Below, piece by piece: positions 50,664-63,600 of a stretch of DNA of 64,000 nucleotides. Each line of letters begins with the position of its first letter. Within the stretch, counting starts at the first letter, position 1. The notes under the pieces were generated by a model, which worked only from the letters and a program-made list of their open reading frames with translations, did not search any database and was not told the origin of the DNA. A program made the translations under genes and the position numbers. Source of the DNA: Cycas panzhihuaensis (Eukaryota; Plantae; Cycadophyta); contig CM041465.1 of assembly GCA_023213395.1 (NCBI GenBank), forward strand, positions 224,633,741-224,697,740, read 5' to 3'.

Positions 50664-53600
50664 TGAAGTGATCAACTTCCTCTATTACTGCTATTTTTCC
50701 AAATTTCTATGAAGAGTTCACTAAAAATTATTAATGATAACAAAAAGTACAATATTGAAAGAAAAAATAATAAATACACCAATCAAGTTGACGGGGAATG
50801 CAGTCCACAGGGCTAGCCAATATGGTTCTCGATATGTCCAATTTGCCTAATACCATGTTTGAGATGGCCAATCCTCTTCGAGGTGAGGTTACCTCCAGAA
50901 ATTGCAGCCCAATGGGCTATCCAACTGCAGCCCTAAAGTCGACTTTATTCTAAGAAGAACAAATCCTAAATGATGTCTGGAATGGGGGCTTCAACCCCTA
51001 TATATAGTGGCATTTAATCTTCTAAAGGAAGTCGGCTAAAACTGGGACAGTTCATTGGAAATGAACCATGAATGATGTCGGCCAGAAGACAGGCTATGAT
51101 TGGTCAAAATAGGAGGGAAATTAGGGATGTAACAAGTTCCTCCCCTCTAAAACATGCTTTGCCCTCAAAGCATGGGTAGGTTTTGATGTTGTTGTATCCA
51201 TGATTTTGATTCCCACGTTGTGTCTTTTGTGTCTAATGACTTCCATTTGATAAGGAATTCTTTGATTTCTCTTGATCATAATTTTCTTTTCCTTATTTGT
51301 AGGATTCCTTTTGGTTCGATAACTATTTTTCCTTCTATGTCTAGTTTTGAAATCACCATTTGAGGAGTTATCTTTTCCCCTAGCTTCTTTTTTAAGCAAG
51401 AATCTTGCTCTCTAGTGGTAGACTTAGCTGATATGCTACCTCTCCAATCTTTTCCTCAATTTGATAAGGTCCAAAAAATCTTGGTGCTAACTTTTGTTTG
51501 TTTGTTTGTCTTACCGATGCTTGTTTATACGGTTGAAGTCTCAGAAAAACGCAATCTCCAATCTCAAAACTTCTTTTAGATCTCTTTAAATCTGCTTGCT
51601 ATTTCATTCTATTCTTCGCCACCTCTAGATTGTTTCTTAGTATTCTAATTGTCTGTTCTATGTGCTCCTGTACTGATTGTACATGTGATATTTTGGCCCA
51701 TGTAAGTATTGATGGGGGTTCGTACCTGTATAGTGCCTAGAAAGGTGACATCTTTGCTACCATGTGGTATGGTATGTTATACCACCATTCTGCTAGGTGA
51801 AGTCATCTATGCCATTGATTCTATTTGTCTGATGAAAATTTTCGGAGGTAGCCTTCTCAGCATTTGTTTACTACCTCGGTTTGTCTGTCAGTTTGTGGGT
51901 GATAGGCTGAGCTTAAATGTAACTTTGTCCCCACTGCTTTGGACATCTCTTGCCAAGAATGGCTTGTGAATTTTGGATCCCGGTCACTAATTATGCTTTT
52001 GGGAAAACCATGTAACCGGTGTATCTCTTTTATGTACCTCTTGGCTATCTGACTAGCCTTTGCTGTCGACTGAGTCCCCATGAAGTGTGTGTACTAAATA
52101 AGTCTATCCACGACCACGAAAATAGCATCTTTGCCTTCTGAACGTGGGAGGCCTGTGATGAAATCCATCGAAAATTCTTCCCATTTCTGATAAGGGGTAT
52201 TCAGAGGCTATAGTAATCTCAAGTTCTTTACACACTCTATTTTATTCCATTGACAGGTATCGCATTCTGATACCATTCAAACTAAGTTTGCGTTCATGCC
52301 CTTCTAATAAAAGAAGTTTTGTATCCTTCTATATGTCTTATCAATTCCAGAATGCCCTAATGTGGGTGGGCTTCTTCTAATAGATCTTCTTTTACTTTGG
52401 TTGTGGTTGGAACAAATATTATCCCCTTCCTTCAGATTAATCCTCCTTGTACTTGGAATTTTGATGTCTTTTGTTCTTGTATTGCTTCCAGTATTTTTTG
52501 TAAAACTCTATTGCTTTCATACTCCTTTATTAATTTAGGAATCTAATTGGGAGTTACTACTGTTATGGCCTTGATAGAAACTTCTTCCTCTGTTAGCCTT
52601 GATAATGGATCAACTATTGCATTTTCTTTTCCTTTCTTATATTCGATGCTAAAATCAAATGTTTGTAGTTTACTGACCCATTTTTGTTGTTCCTCAAATA
52701 GTATTTTCTGATTGAGAAAGTATTTTAAACTATCATGATCTGTTCTAACTGTAAATTTGCTTCTCAATAGGTATTGTAGCCATTGCTTAATAGCATGCAT
52801 TATTGCTAACATTTCCTTATCATATATCGGTTTTAATTTTTCCCTATTATTTAGCTTCCTGCTTTCATAAGTTATTAGATGCTCCTTTTGTAGTAATATA
52901 GCTTCGATTTTGAGTCAAGATGTGTCATATTCTAAAATAAAAAGCTGGCAAAAATTAGGGAAAGCTAATACTGGTGTCGTAACCCTTGCTTCTTTGACTC
53001 TTTAGAATGCTTCTTCAGCCCCTGAATTCCATCCAAATGCATCTCTTTTTATTAGATCTGTTAAGGGGGATGTGATGTGTGCATATCCCTTGATAAATTT
53101 CCTGAGAAACCCTGTTGCCCCTAAGAAGCTTCTTACTCTTGTTACTTTCTTTGGCATGGGCTAATTTATGATAGCTTGTATCTTCTTAGGGTTGATCTTG
53201 ATGCCTTCCTGCATGATGACATGCCCTAGATACTCTAACTCCTCTTTTGCAAATGAGCATTTCTTTTTGTTTATGTACAACAGGGCCTTTTTTAATATTA
53301 GGAGGACAGCTCTTATGTGGTCTAAATGTTCCTCCCATGTCTTGCTATATATCAATATGTCATCGAAAAAGGCTAGCATAAATTTCTGTAGTAGTGGTTT
53401 GAGCGTTGAATTCATCATGTCTTGAAATGTTGCTGGGGCATTTGTTAGTCCAAATGGCATGACTTTAAATTCAAATAATCCCTCATGCGTACGAAATACG
53501 GTCTTATGTACATCTTCTTCCCTTCCTCTTATCTGATAATAACCTGAACAATGGTCGAGTTTCGTAAAGTATCTAGCTCCATGAATTTCATCTAATGAAT

Positions 53601-56186
53601 CATCTATTCTTGGGATGGGATATCGATTCTTCACTATCAACTTATTCAATCCTCTATAGTCAACGCACATCCTGTATGACCCATCCTTTTTTGGGTTTAC
53701 TATTACTGGTGATGCATATGGACTTGCACTTTTTATTATGATTCCTTGGAGTGAAAGTTCCAGAGTAATATTCTTAATCTCTCTCCTTAGGTTGTAAGGA
53801 TGCCTGTACGATCGAATGTTCATCGGGGCTTCTCCTGGTATTAATTCGATGGCATGCTTGTGTTCCCTTTTTGGTGGGAGCCCTTGAGGTTCTTCAAACA
53901 CTTCATTTCGTTCTTCCATGATCTTTTAGACTTTCAAGGGCACATCCTCTATTGCTATTTTGTAACATGTTATTATATATGCAGATGGATTTTCCCTCAG
54001 AATTTTTTCCATTTGATGCGATGATATTAGCCGGACGAGGGGAATGGAAGGTGCTTGTAGATGGTATTTTTGGTCTTTTTGATAAAAGCTCATGAACTGA
54101 ATCATGTAGTTAGTGATGACATTCCCCAGTGTCTGTAACCACTAGATGCCCAGTACTACATTGACTCCCCCAATCGACATGGTGAACATGCATGTTCTCA
54201 CTTCGTTCACTTATTTGTAGATTTGTCGATTTACAATAGCCACGACATGGTGTCTTCCCATTTGCAATCGAGGCTTGGAATGTATTCAATGGTTGAATTG
54301 GAATACCTAACTTTTCTGTTATTGCTTTATTAATAGAGTTGTGTGTACTACCACTATCAACTAGAACTGATACTGGTGCTCCTTTTAACATCCCTTGAAA
54401 TCTCAGAGTCTGTGGCCTGATGTGTTGCCCTATAATAGCCTGCAAGGATATCTACACATTTTCTATGTCTATCTGTAATAGTTCCTCTTCTTTAGCTTCT
54501 TGAACTTGCTACTCTTCTTTTGCTATCTCTAGTACTTCTATGTCTTTGTTGTTCATCATAAACACATTTTTGGGTTGGCATTGGTGTTCTTTGTTCCATT
54601 TTTCGTTGCATTTAAAGCACGTTCCCTTCCTTATATGTTCTTCCTTTGTTATAACCCCATTTTCTCCCATACTCATTATTAATGGAGGATTCGCCTTTGT
54701 TCCTAATTTTATCGAATTCAGATTTTGACTCTGCTTTTGACACATTTATGTGTCATATCTTCGGATATAAGCGGGACAACTTTCCCTTAGTTCTGCCTCG
54801 ACGTTCTTTGTTATTCTAATTGTTTCCTGGATGTTCAGGGGATCCATTACTTTGATTCAAAAATTTAAACTGGCTCTTCAATCTGCTGATGTATGTCTCC
54901 ATGATACATTCTTATGGTATACTCTTGAGACTAAACACTGGAGACTTTGAAACAACTTAGTATACTCCTGTACTGATCCCTGTTGTTGTAATCTAATTAA
55001 CTCGGCGAAGTAATCTGTATTCGACGAATCTTCATATTGGCCAAGTAACCATGCTTTCAGATTTTTCCATGTTTCCTGAATTCCAGAGTTTATCTTTAGT
55101 CACCATAGTACCATTTCAAAGCTCTTCCGTATAGATGCAGAGAGGTAGCTTCCATTTTTTTTTTTTCTGATAGTCTGTATACCCAGAAGTATGTCTCCAT
55201 TTGCAATAACCAGCTTCTAATATCTTTAGATCTTTCCGGATCGAATTTTTCAAGTGTGAATTTTGTTCCCTTAAGACCACAGTCTACTTGCTAGCCTCGT
55301 CTCTCATAAGTGGTCCCATTGAATCTCCTTATGTTCCTTTGTGGACCATTTTCTTGACCTTCTTGATTGACCCTTACATCTACAAATTGTAGTCATTTAT
55401 CTGTTCCTGATTGTTCCGATTCTTCTATATCACTTTCTGGCCTCTGGATTCTTAGTGTGTCTAAGTTTCCTTGTTTCCCCATGAATTGATTCAATCAGAT
55501 TTTCATAATTTTGGAGAGATCATTGATCTCATTTGTTAATTTATCTACCTTTTCTCCAATTGCTCTTGTCTGGGGCCCCATTTTCTTGGGAATGATACTT
55601 TTTCCAGATCTTAGTTCTGTCCCTTGTTTGGGGGGGGGGGGGGTGGGAAATTGGGTCCTTAATTTTGCCTTAGTTTCTTTGACTTCCTGCCTCGGAATGA
55701 AGCTTTGATACCACTTGAAGCGATCAACTTCTTCTATTACTATTATTTTTCTGAATTTCTATGAAGAGTTCGTTGAAAATTACTAATGATAACAAAAAGT
55801 ACAATATTGAAAGAAAAAAGAGTAAATACACCAATCAAGTTTATGGGGAATGCAGTCCATAGGGCTAGCCAGTATGATTATCGATATGTCCAATTCACCC
55901 AATACCATGTTTGAGATGGCCAATCCTCTTCGAGGCGAGGTTACCTCCAGAAATTGCAGCCCAATGGGTGAGCTAACCACAGCCCTAAAATTGAGTTTAT
56001 GCTAAGAAGAACAAATCCTGAATGATGTATGGAATGGGGGCTCCAACCCCTATATATAGTGGCATTTAATCTTCTAAAGGAAGTCGTCCAAAACTAGGAT
56101 AGTTCACTGGAAATAAACCATGAATGAAGTCGGCCAAAAGACAAGCTATAACTGGTCAAAATAGGAGGGAAATTAGGGATGTAACA
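50664..56186 (-). mobile_element. Gypsy-5: full-length decayed chromovirus related to Gypsy-1, nested in the Copia-5 3' LTR
   Basis: 471-bp LTRs at 55716-56186 (5') and 50664-51134 (3'); revcomp PBS gctttgatacca at 55702-55713; PPT at 51137-51148; TSD taatc/caatc; [28 protein letters not shown], chromodomain (EFLIKWKS...TWES). Confidence 0.95.
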
Positions 56187-56468
56187 CAATCTATATATTG
56201 AGACCAATTCTCATGTATGTAGATATGGTAATATGTGTAGTGTTATGCTGTTAGTTTGCTAATCAAGCATTCTTTCTTATTTGGAGATTGGATCAATTCC
56301 TTCTCCTCCATATTGGTTTCCTTATGCTTGTGATCTCTATGCTCGTGCTTGCTCATAGTGTTCTTCTCCATGCTAGCTCTCAATAGATGCTATTCATCTT
56401 TATTCTCATAGCATTTTCTCCTCTCTTTTAAATCCTTAAGGCCTTAGACTTAATGCCGATTCTCAACA

Positions 56469-58850
56469 AAGGGTGCATGAATCACAAGATGTTGTCTTTG
56501 CAGAAGACAATAATGAATTGGATCTTAGTCAAATCCAATTTCCTCAAAGTAAAGTTGTAGTTGAGGATCCAGATCCCACTGGTCCTTCAACATCATATTT
56601 ACTAAGCTCTTCCTCAGTGCCTTCTACAACTTCTTCGCCACCTTCTAGATCATTAACAAGTACTTCAAGCCCCAATGACAACACTACAAAAACTTCAAGA
56701 ATATAAGAATCTATTCAACTCTAAGATATTGAAGTCATTCTAATAACAAAGCAATTGCCAAGATGGTACATTCAAATTATTTCTAGTGCTCCACTGCCTC
56801 TAATTAATGCAAAGAGAAAATCCAAAATGCATCTCAACACCGATTTTGCACTTATGGATGAAGTGGTTTCTACTCTTGAACCTTCCACTTTTGAGGAGGT
56901 ATATAGTCATGAAAAGTGGAAGCTTGCAATAGATGCAAAAATTGAATTCATCCAAAAAAATGATACATGGGACCTTGTTGAATTGCCACCTAGCAATAAG
57001 CAATTGAGTATAAATGGGTACTCAAGACAAAATGTCATGTAGATGGGACAATGTTGTGTCACAAGGCTCTATTGGTTGCCAAAGGTTTTAAGCAATAGGA
57101 ATGCATAGACTATGAAGAAACATTTGCACCAATTTACTAATATGATTACAGTCAGATTTGTTACAACTATAACTACACAATGCAATTGGTTGATTTTTCA
57201 AATGGATGTCAAGAGAGCATTTCTCAATGGCGATTTAATAGAAGAAGTATACTTGAAACAACACCCTCCTTATGTTGCTCATGGCAGAGAGCAACTTTTT
57301 TGTTGTATAAAAAAGGCTTCATATGGCCTAAAGTAGGTACCAAGATCATGGTACTTTGAAATTAATGATTATTTTTAGAGACATGACTTTAGGTGCTCAT
57401 CATTAGATCCAAACTTATATATCAAAGCTTGAAGTAAGCAAATAACCATTGTTGTTCTCTATGTGGATGACTTGATAATCATAGGGAACGATACTAATAT
57501 GATTGAAAGTCTGAGGGAATCTGAAAAGTAGTTTTGAGATGGCTAACCTTGGATTGCTCCATTATTTTCCTAGCATGGAAGTTTGGCAACAATCTAGTAG
57601 CATTTTTATAACTCCAGCCAAGTACACAAAGGAGATCTTGCAGACGTTTAGAATGGAGGATTGCAAGTTATCTCCTACCCCTATGGAGATGGGAACAAAA
57701 TTGAAAAATGATGAGAAAGTGAAACCTTTTGATTCCAATTTCTATAGACAGCTTGTCGGTAGTCTCCTTTATCTTACTAACACTAAACTAGGCATAACGC
57801 ATGCTATTGGAATCTGTTTGAGGTTCATGTCTCAGCTCATTCAAACACATTAGAACATTGCAAAGATAATTCTTAGATTTTTGCAAGGTACTTTGCGGTA
57901 TGGACTACATTACAGTTGGAATGACAACCTTTATTTAGGAGGTTTTATAGATGCAGAGTGGGTAGGATGCCACGATAGCAGAATATTGACCTCAGGATAT
58001 TGCTTCAACTTGGGTTAGCATTAGCTTCTTGGAGTTGCAAGAAGCAACCAAATGTTTCTCTTTCATCTAGAAAAGCAGAATATAAAACTGGAGTCAGTGC
58101 AACCATTGAATCTATCTAGCTTAGAAGGATTTTTGTCGAGCTTGGATTTGAATAGACATAAAGCTTTACTATGACAATCGAAGCATACTCAAGATGGTTA
58201 GGAACCTTGTTTTCCATGTTTGTACAAAGCATATAGAGGTCCATCACCATTTCATTAGAGAATATGTGCAAGATGGTGATATGCAAGATGGTGATATCGA
58301 CCTTATTTACAAGCCCGCAGATCAACAGATTATTGGCATCTTTACCAAGGCACTTGATAGAAAGAAGCTTGAAAGATTCAAAGAGGGCTTGGGAGTTCGA
58401 CTTAATGCTCTAAACATCAAGGAGGGCTGCTAGGATTTTACATTTAATCATTAAGTTGTGAATGTATTAAAGCACTTTTACTTAAAGTATAATGTGCACC
58501 TTTTCTCTAGAGATGCAACTTTAGGTTGTAACTTCTGGTTCATGTTCCCCACTTTCCTTATTGTGCATGTCATTGCATGAGCGACACTTGTCATAGCATG
58601 CATGCACTCTAGGGCATCCGCTCATATTATTTATTGGAGACATTTTCCCTTGTAATGTAACATGTAATATACACAATTGTAGAGGAGTTGTTGAATACAA
58701 GATTCTTGGAATGTAGAGGAATTCTACCTCCTCCATTATTTTATGCTTTGAGCTCATATGTGATTGTGATGTGCTCTCATCATTTCTATCTTTATGCATT
58801 TCGGATCTTATTTACGTTAAGAATTAAAGCTTAATTTCTCTTTCTATTGT
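56469..58850 (+). mobile_element. Copia-7: 3' half (INT tail, RT, RNase H, PPT, 3' LTR from 58428); probable host of Copia-5
   Basis: QDVVFAED, QMDVKRAFLNG, LYVDDL, TKHIEVHHHFIRE, ALNIKEGC; PPT aaggaggg then TGctagg at 58428. LTR 3' end is approximate, and no partner LTR is in the window. Confidence 0.85.
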
Positions 58851-60653
58851 TTACAATTGTCCCACTAATCAGTCCATCTTACTCTACCAAGAGGCTTTGG
58901 TACTAAATTCCAAATTCTCATTATACCCAAGTCTCATACTTTAAGGATGATGTGTTTAATTTATAAAGCAAAGCATGACAATGCAAGCTATCCTTTGGTA
59001 GATCAAAGCATAGGGGAATGATTAGAGATTATTTCTGCCCAAACTTTAACCATGGTTGCTTCTTTATCCTTAATCACCTAGTCACCATTAGAGGATATTA
59101 AAATTTTATCCACTTTGGAGAAAATACGGCGTTTTGTTGTTCTTTACTTACACCATATAAACCAAAGCTCTTTTTGAGATGTCTCTTATCACAAACCTCA
59201 TCCTCCATATTTTCAAAATCAACAATAGTATTAATTTAAAAATTGTTAATTAGGTTCCCACTAGAAGGTGAATTCATGCATAGCTTGGGAAGGAGAAGTC
59301 ACTTAGTAATACAACCCACAGTAAGGCATTCCTACATGCATTGTTCCTAGCTCTAGGCTAGAATTGTAGCTTGCATGACCACCCTTCCAATGCCCACTTT
59401 TCTTGTGGTAGTGCTCCCAGTCCAAATGTAGGAATGGTGTCCAAGACTACTTTTTGGATATGGGATGTTGCACACAATTGACCACACATATAAGCTCATC
59501 TTTGTTATGTACACTAGATTATTTTCGCCATGAAGGGGTAATCACTCTCACCAAAGGGCCAGGTGGGGGACCTTTTTCTTATAAGTGGTATTAATTAGTT
59601 ACCTTTAGATGGATAGTTAGTTATCTATTTAGAGACCCATGTCTTAAGGATGCAATTATTAAGGTTTTATATCTTACACAAGACATGCCAACATTACTCC
59701 TACCAAGTAGAGTTAATGTCAACCCATCACAATGGTGTTGTAATACTCATATGAGTTCTCTCTCAATGGTGCCACATGCCAAGAGGGGCAATAAGTGTGT
59801 ACTTGAGTACACAAGCATCCTGTTTATTAATTATATCCACCAAGTGATTTTCTTATTCCATTCCTTATTGGCTGCTTTAAGCATAGCAATGTGTAAAGTT
59901 ATGCCCATTTCAAACCCATATGAGTAAGAAACCATGCACACCCACATGCCCATGAGCTACTTCTTTAACTTGCTTCTTTAAGTGATTCTCCTCAAGCAAT
60001 GCATGCAATAGGGGCAATAGTTCTTCCTAACACGAGGGTAATTATTGAGTAGTTGCATCTTGCAAGCCATGGTTTCAATTTATTTTTTTAAGTTGTGGGT
60101 TTGCTATTAAATATTTCAATGTAGCATTCACACCCATGTTCCACCATTAAACAAAATCATAATACACCATGGCATAACTTCAATTTGCTGCTAAGAGAAA
60201 ACATAAAAGAACTCTTAAAGTTCATCAATTTAACTTGAAAATTCATAATTTCACAAGTCCATTCATTATGTATACCCATGCTCATTCTCATGACTCTATT
60301 AAGATGGTAATCAATCCTTGGTTATGTAGGATGCATTTATGTCTTGCATGTTAATTTTCTTTTAATAGATCCACAAGTACATGCACTAATGCCATAATAA
60401 GACCAATCAATTTCATAATGGTGACATTTCACTATGCATTATGAATTTTCCCTTCAATGGATGCATGCTAATGCATTTTTCTACATATGCTCATGAAACT
60501 ATCATACATAAACCAAATATGATTTGTGAGTGCATCCATACTGCTAAAATTCATTAAAGAACAATAATTCAGATTTAATGCTTGCATGACAATTATTCAT
60601 TAATCTTTACAGCACTTGTAATGCATATTTGTCATGGTTTCTTTGGGATTAAT

Positions 60654-63600
60654 TGTTAAACCTTATGTTTACATGTTAAGATTATGTACTTTATTTTTTA
60701 TGTAATATTTATACTTTTGTACTTTAGGGGTGACTTATCACTTAAGTGATAAAGTGCACACCCACATTCTTTCTAGTGACACAACATTGTCACTAAAGGG
60801 TCAAATGGACCCCCATGCACTTTTTCTCACTTGAGAGCTCTAAAAGGACACATGTCCTACATGCAAGGCATGTACCTTGGATGTTTGACACTTGTCAAAC
60901 ATCCAATGCCTTAGGTCTCTCATTTCACTCTATATAATGAGACCTCTCCTCATTGTTCTCATAGAGAGTTGGAGTTGTATTGTTATTCTATCAGTTTGCT
61001 AATCAAACTGTTATTCATTTGGAGGTTGGACCAATTCCAACCCCTCACATTTGATATCATTTTCTTGCTCCTTCATTTTCATGCTTTGTCTTGCTTATGT
61101 TTCATCTTAAGAGTATCATACTTGTTAGCATTTGTTGCTTTCTAGAACTAGAGTGAACCTAGCTTCTAGATCTTGGGATTGTAAGGCCATTAGGCCCTTT
61201 TTCACATTTGGTATTAGAGCAAGAGGAGACTAGTTCCCTCATTACATTTGTTCTTTGCTCAAGGAGATTCAAAGAAGGGTTACAAACCCTTGGTGATGAC
61301 CTTCGCTCTCCGAAGGTGATCCAAGGTTTGCTAAGACCCATTTGTTCCAGGTTCAAGCTTCTGGAGTAGTATTGAAAGATGGAGCAAAGATATTTCTCAG
61401 ATCTGAATCCTTTCAGACCTTGTCTAGGGTGCAACACTCACTGTTTTTTTTTCAAAAATAGTGATTTTTTTTAATTATCTTACTTAAAAAAAATTATTCT
61501 TCTGTAATCCAAGGCAGATCTCAGGAGTTTTATGTGTTTTTTTTTGGACTAAAGGTCAGATCTTCAGTCACTGCACTCAGACTGTACCTATTTTTTCACT
61601 GTTTTGGGTCATTTTTTACTGACAGAGCAATTTTTTCTGAACAAAATCAATCGTGTCTACTTGCTGCCCCTTGTTCTAATCCTTGTTGCAGGGTTGGTGA
61701 ACATATTCAGTAGGCTCAAAGCCTCTGAAAATTTTCTGAGTAACTACACTCTACTGGGTATCTCTCAAACCCCACATAGAGCTCCAAAATATTTCTGGAG
61801 GGTGAGTAATGTGGTTGGAAGCCGTTGGAAGCACGTCCTTTCTCCCTGTGGGTGCCACGGAAACTGTACGGTGGCCGTACGCCACTCTAGTATGAGTGTG
61901 GCACCTGTTTCAGTCATCACCTGTTGAGCGCCCAGCCAAAGCATCTAACGGTTCGTTCTCTGTCTAGGAGCAGCGAGGGGAGCTCAAATCACAGATGAGC
62001 CTTTGTACCGGATGTGCGACCCTTGCCCTTGAATTTCATTAAGATCCGTCAAGCCTTCAACGGGATCGGGCCGCATGAGTCTCCACGGGAGCCGCCCGTG
62101 CCACCATCCATTTTTGCGTCTCGTTCCTTTCTTTGAAAATTTTCAAAAATTTTATCTTTATAAACTTTAGTTATATTATAAGGTATATTCTTAAGTTAAT
62201 AAACCTTTTATTCCTAAGTTTTCTTTCTTCACTTAAACTTATCACTAAAATCACTCTTAAGTCATTAAAAATCATTTTATTTTAATGCCTTTGTGATTTT
62301 TTCAGTTATTGACTTCACCTTAGCAAAAAGGAGGGACAAAATCGAGGTTTTCCAGTGTTTTCTCATATTAAGAGTGATATTTTTTTTCCTTTATTAAGCT
62401 AATTTTTAGTTGAGGCACCTTGCATGGTAACCTTAGCTTAATTTTTTCTTAAGGAAAAAATCACTTTTTTTATACTTTTTGGAGCTAAAAATCTACGTAG
62501 TACTTAGTGATCTCATTAAATCACTAATACTAAGTCAATCTCACTTCTTTGAAGATTAAAAATACTCTTGTTTAAGCATTTTCAAAGGCTCCCTGCGTGG
62601 TGTCCTTATCACACAAAGTTGCAAAAAAATTTGAATTTCAGCCTTTGTTTTTACACACTCAAAGCTTTATTTTACACTTATTTCATGTTTATAAGTGTTA
62701 GAAAGTCTTGTTGAAAGTGATTTTAAGTATTGATACCTTGTCAAAAGTTATATTTATCACTATTTCAACACTCTTTTTTTAAGGCACCTTGCACGGTGAC
62801 CTAGTGCCCTTGGTCTCAAAAAGGGGCTCAAGAATACTTCTTACTTAATAAAATCACTTCATTTTTTTGATCGTTGGGACTATTTTAAAGTCCCAACACT
62901 TGGTGCTTGGTGTCCTTATTTAGCAAGTGGTCTTCTTCTCCACTTTTAAGCATTAAAAGGAACCCACTTGTACTTTCATCACAAGGTTTTGCTTTACTTC
63001 TTTGAGTACTTAGCATTTTTTCCAAAGTACTTTTCTTGCGAAACTCATTGTACTCAAGCATCTTTCTTTACTTGGATCAGCATAAGCACTCTCACTTCAT
63101 TAAGTGCTCATTGTAAACAACACTTTAAGTGTTTATTTGATGTACTAGCTTGCTTCTTTTTGAAGCCTCTTTCATTGTAAGTTTAATCAAGCACTTTCAT
63201 AAGTACATCTTCCAAGTAAAAATAAATCTTAAGTTCACTTTAACCTTCTAAAAGTGACTTAAAAATCTTGTTGGAGAGGCAGGCCCGAAAAAGGTTCAAA
63301 CCTTGCCTCTGAAATAACCTTAAGCTTGGTGCATTCCCTAGGGGACCAACCGACCGTACGGTCAGTGCACGATAATTAAGGTTGCTTGAGGGAAAGGAGG
63401 TTCGAAAAGGGTGTTATTGGGGCTGTGAATCCTAAGGAAAGTATGGTACGTCCATGCAGATCAGCCCTACCTACCTTGTCCTAGATTTAGCTTTGCTAAC
63501 TGTTGGATCTCCTCTATAGATCAGGGTTGGACCAACTCGATAGCCTAGTCCTCCACCCCTCATCATTCAATTCAGTTGTTGGATCTTCTAGTAAGATCAG

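Larger units (their letters stand above)
41596..56468 (+). mobile_element. Copia-5: relative of Copia-3; 5' LTR truncated (41596-41772), gag/PR deleted, 3' LTR (46023-46147 + 50521-50663 + 56192-56468) split by two insertions
   Basis: 41596-41772 matches about 56292-56468; PBS tggcattagagcc at 41775; PPT aaagaggggg at 46013-46022; LTR start tgttaaacc shared with Copia-3 and Copia-8. Confidence 0.9.

Noticed and set aside
56469-58850. Treating this as the 3' half of Copia-2 or Copia-4
   Set aside because: Its 3' LTR (tgctagg...) does not match the 5' LTRs at 25668 or 40586.
63330-63370. Hammerhead ribozyme (retrozyme-like) in the three-way junction
   Set aside because: The CUGANGA and GAAA core motifs are not present in the required positions.
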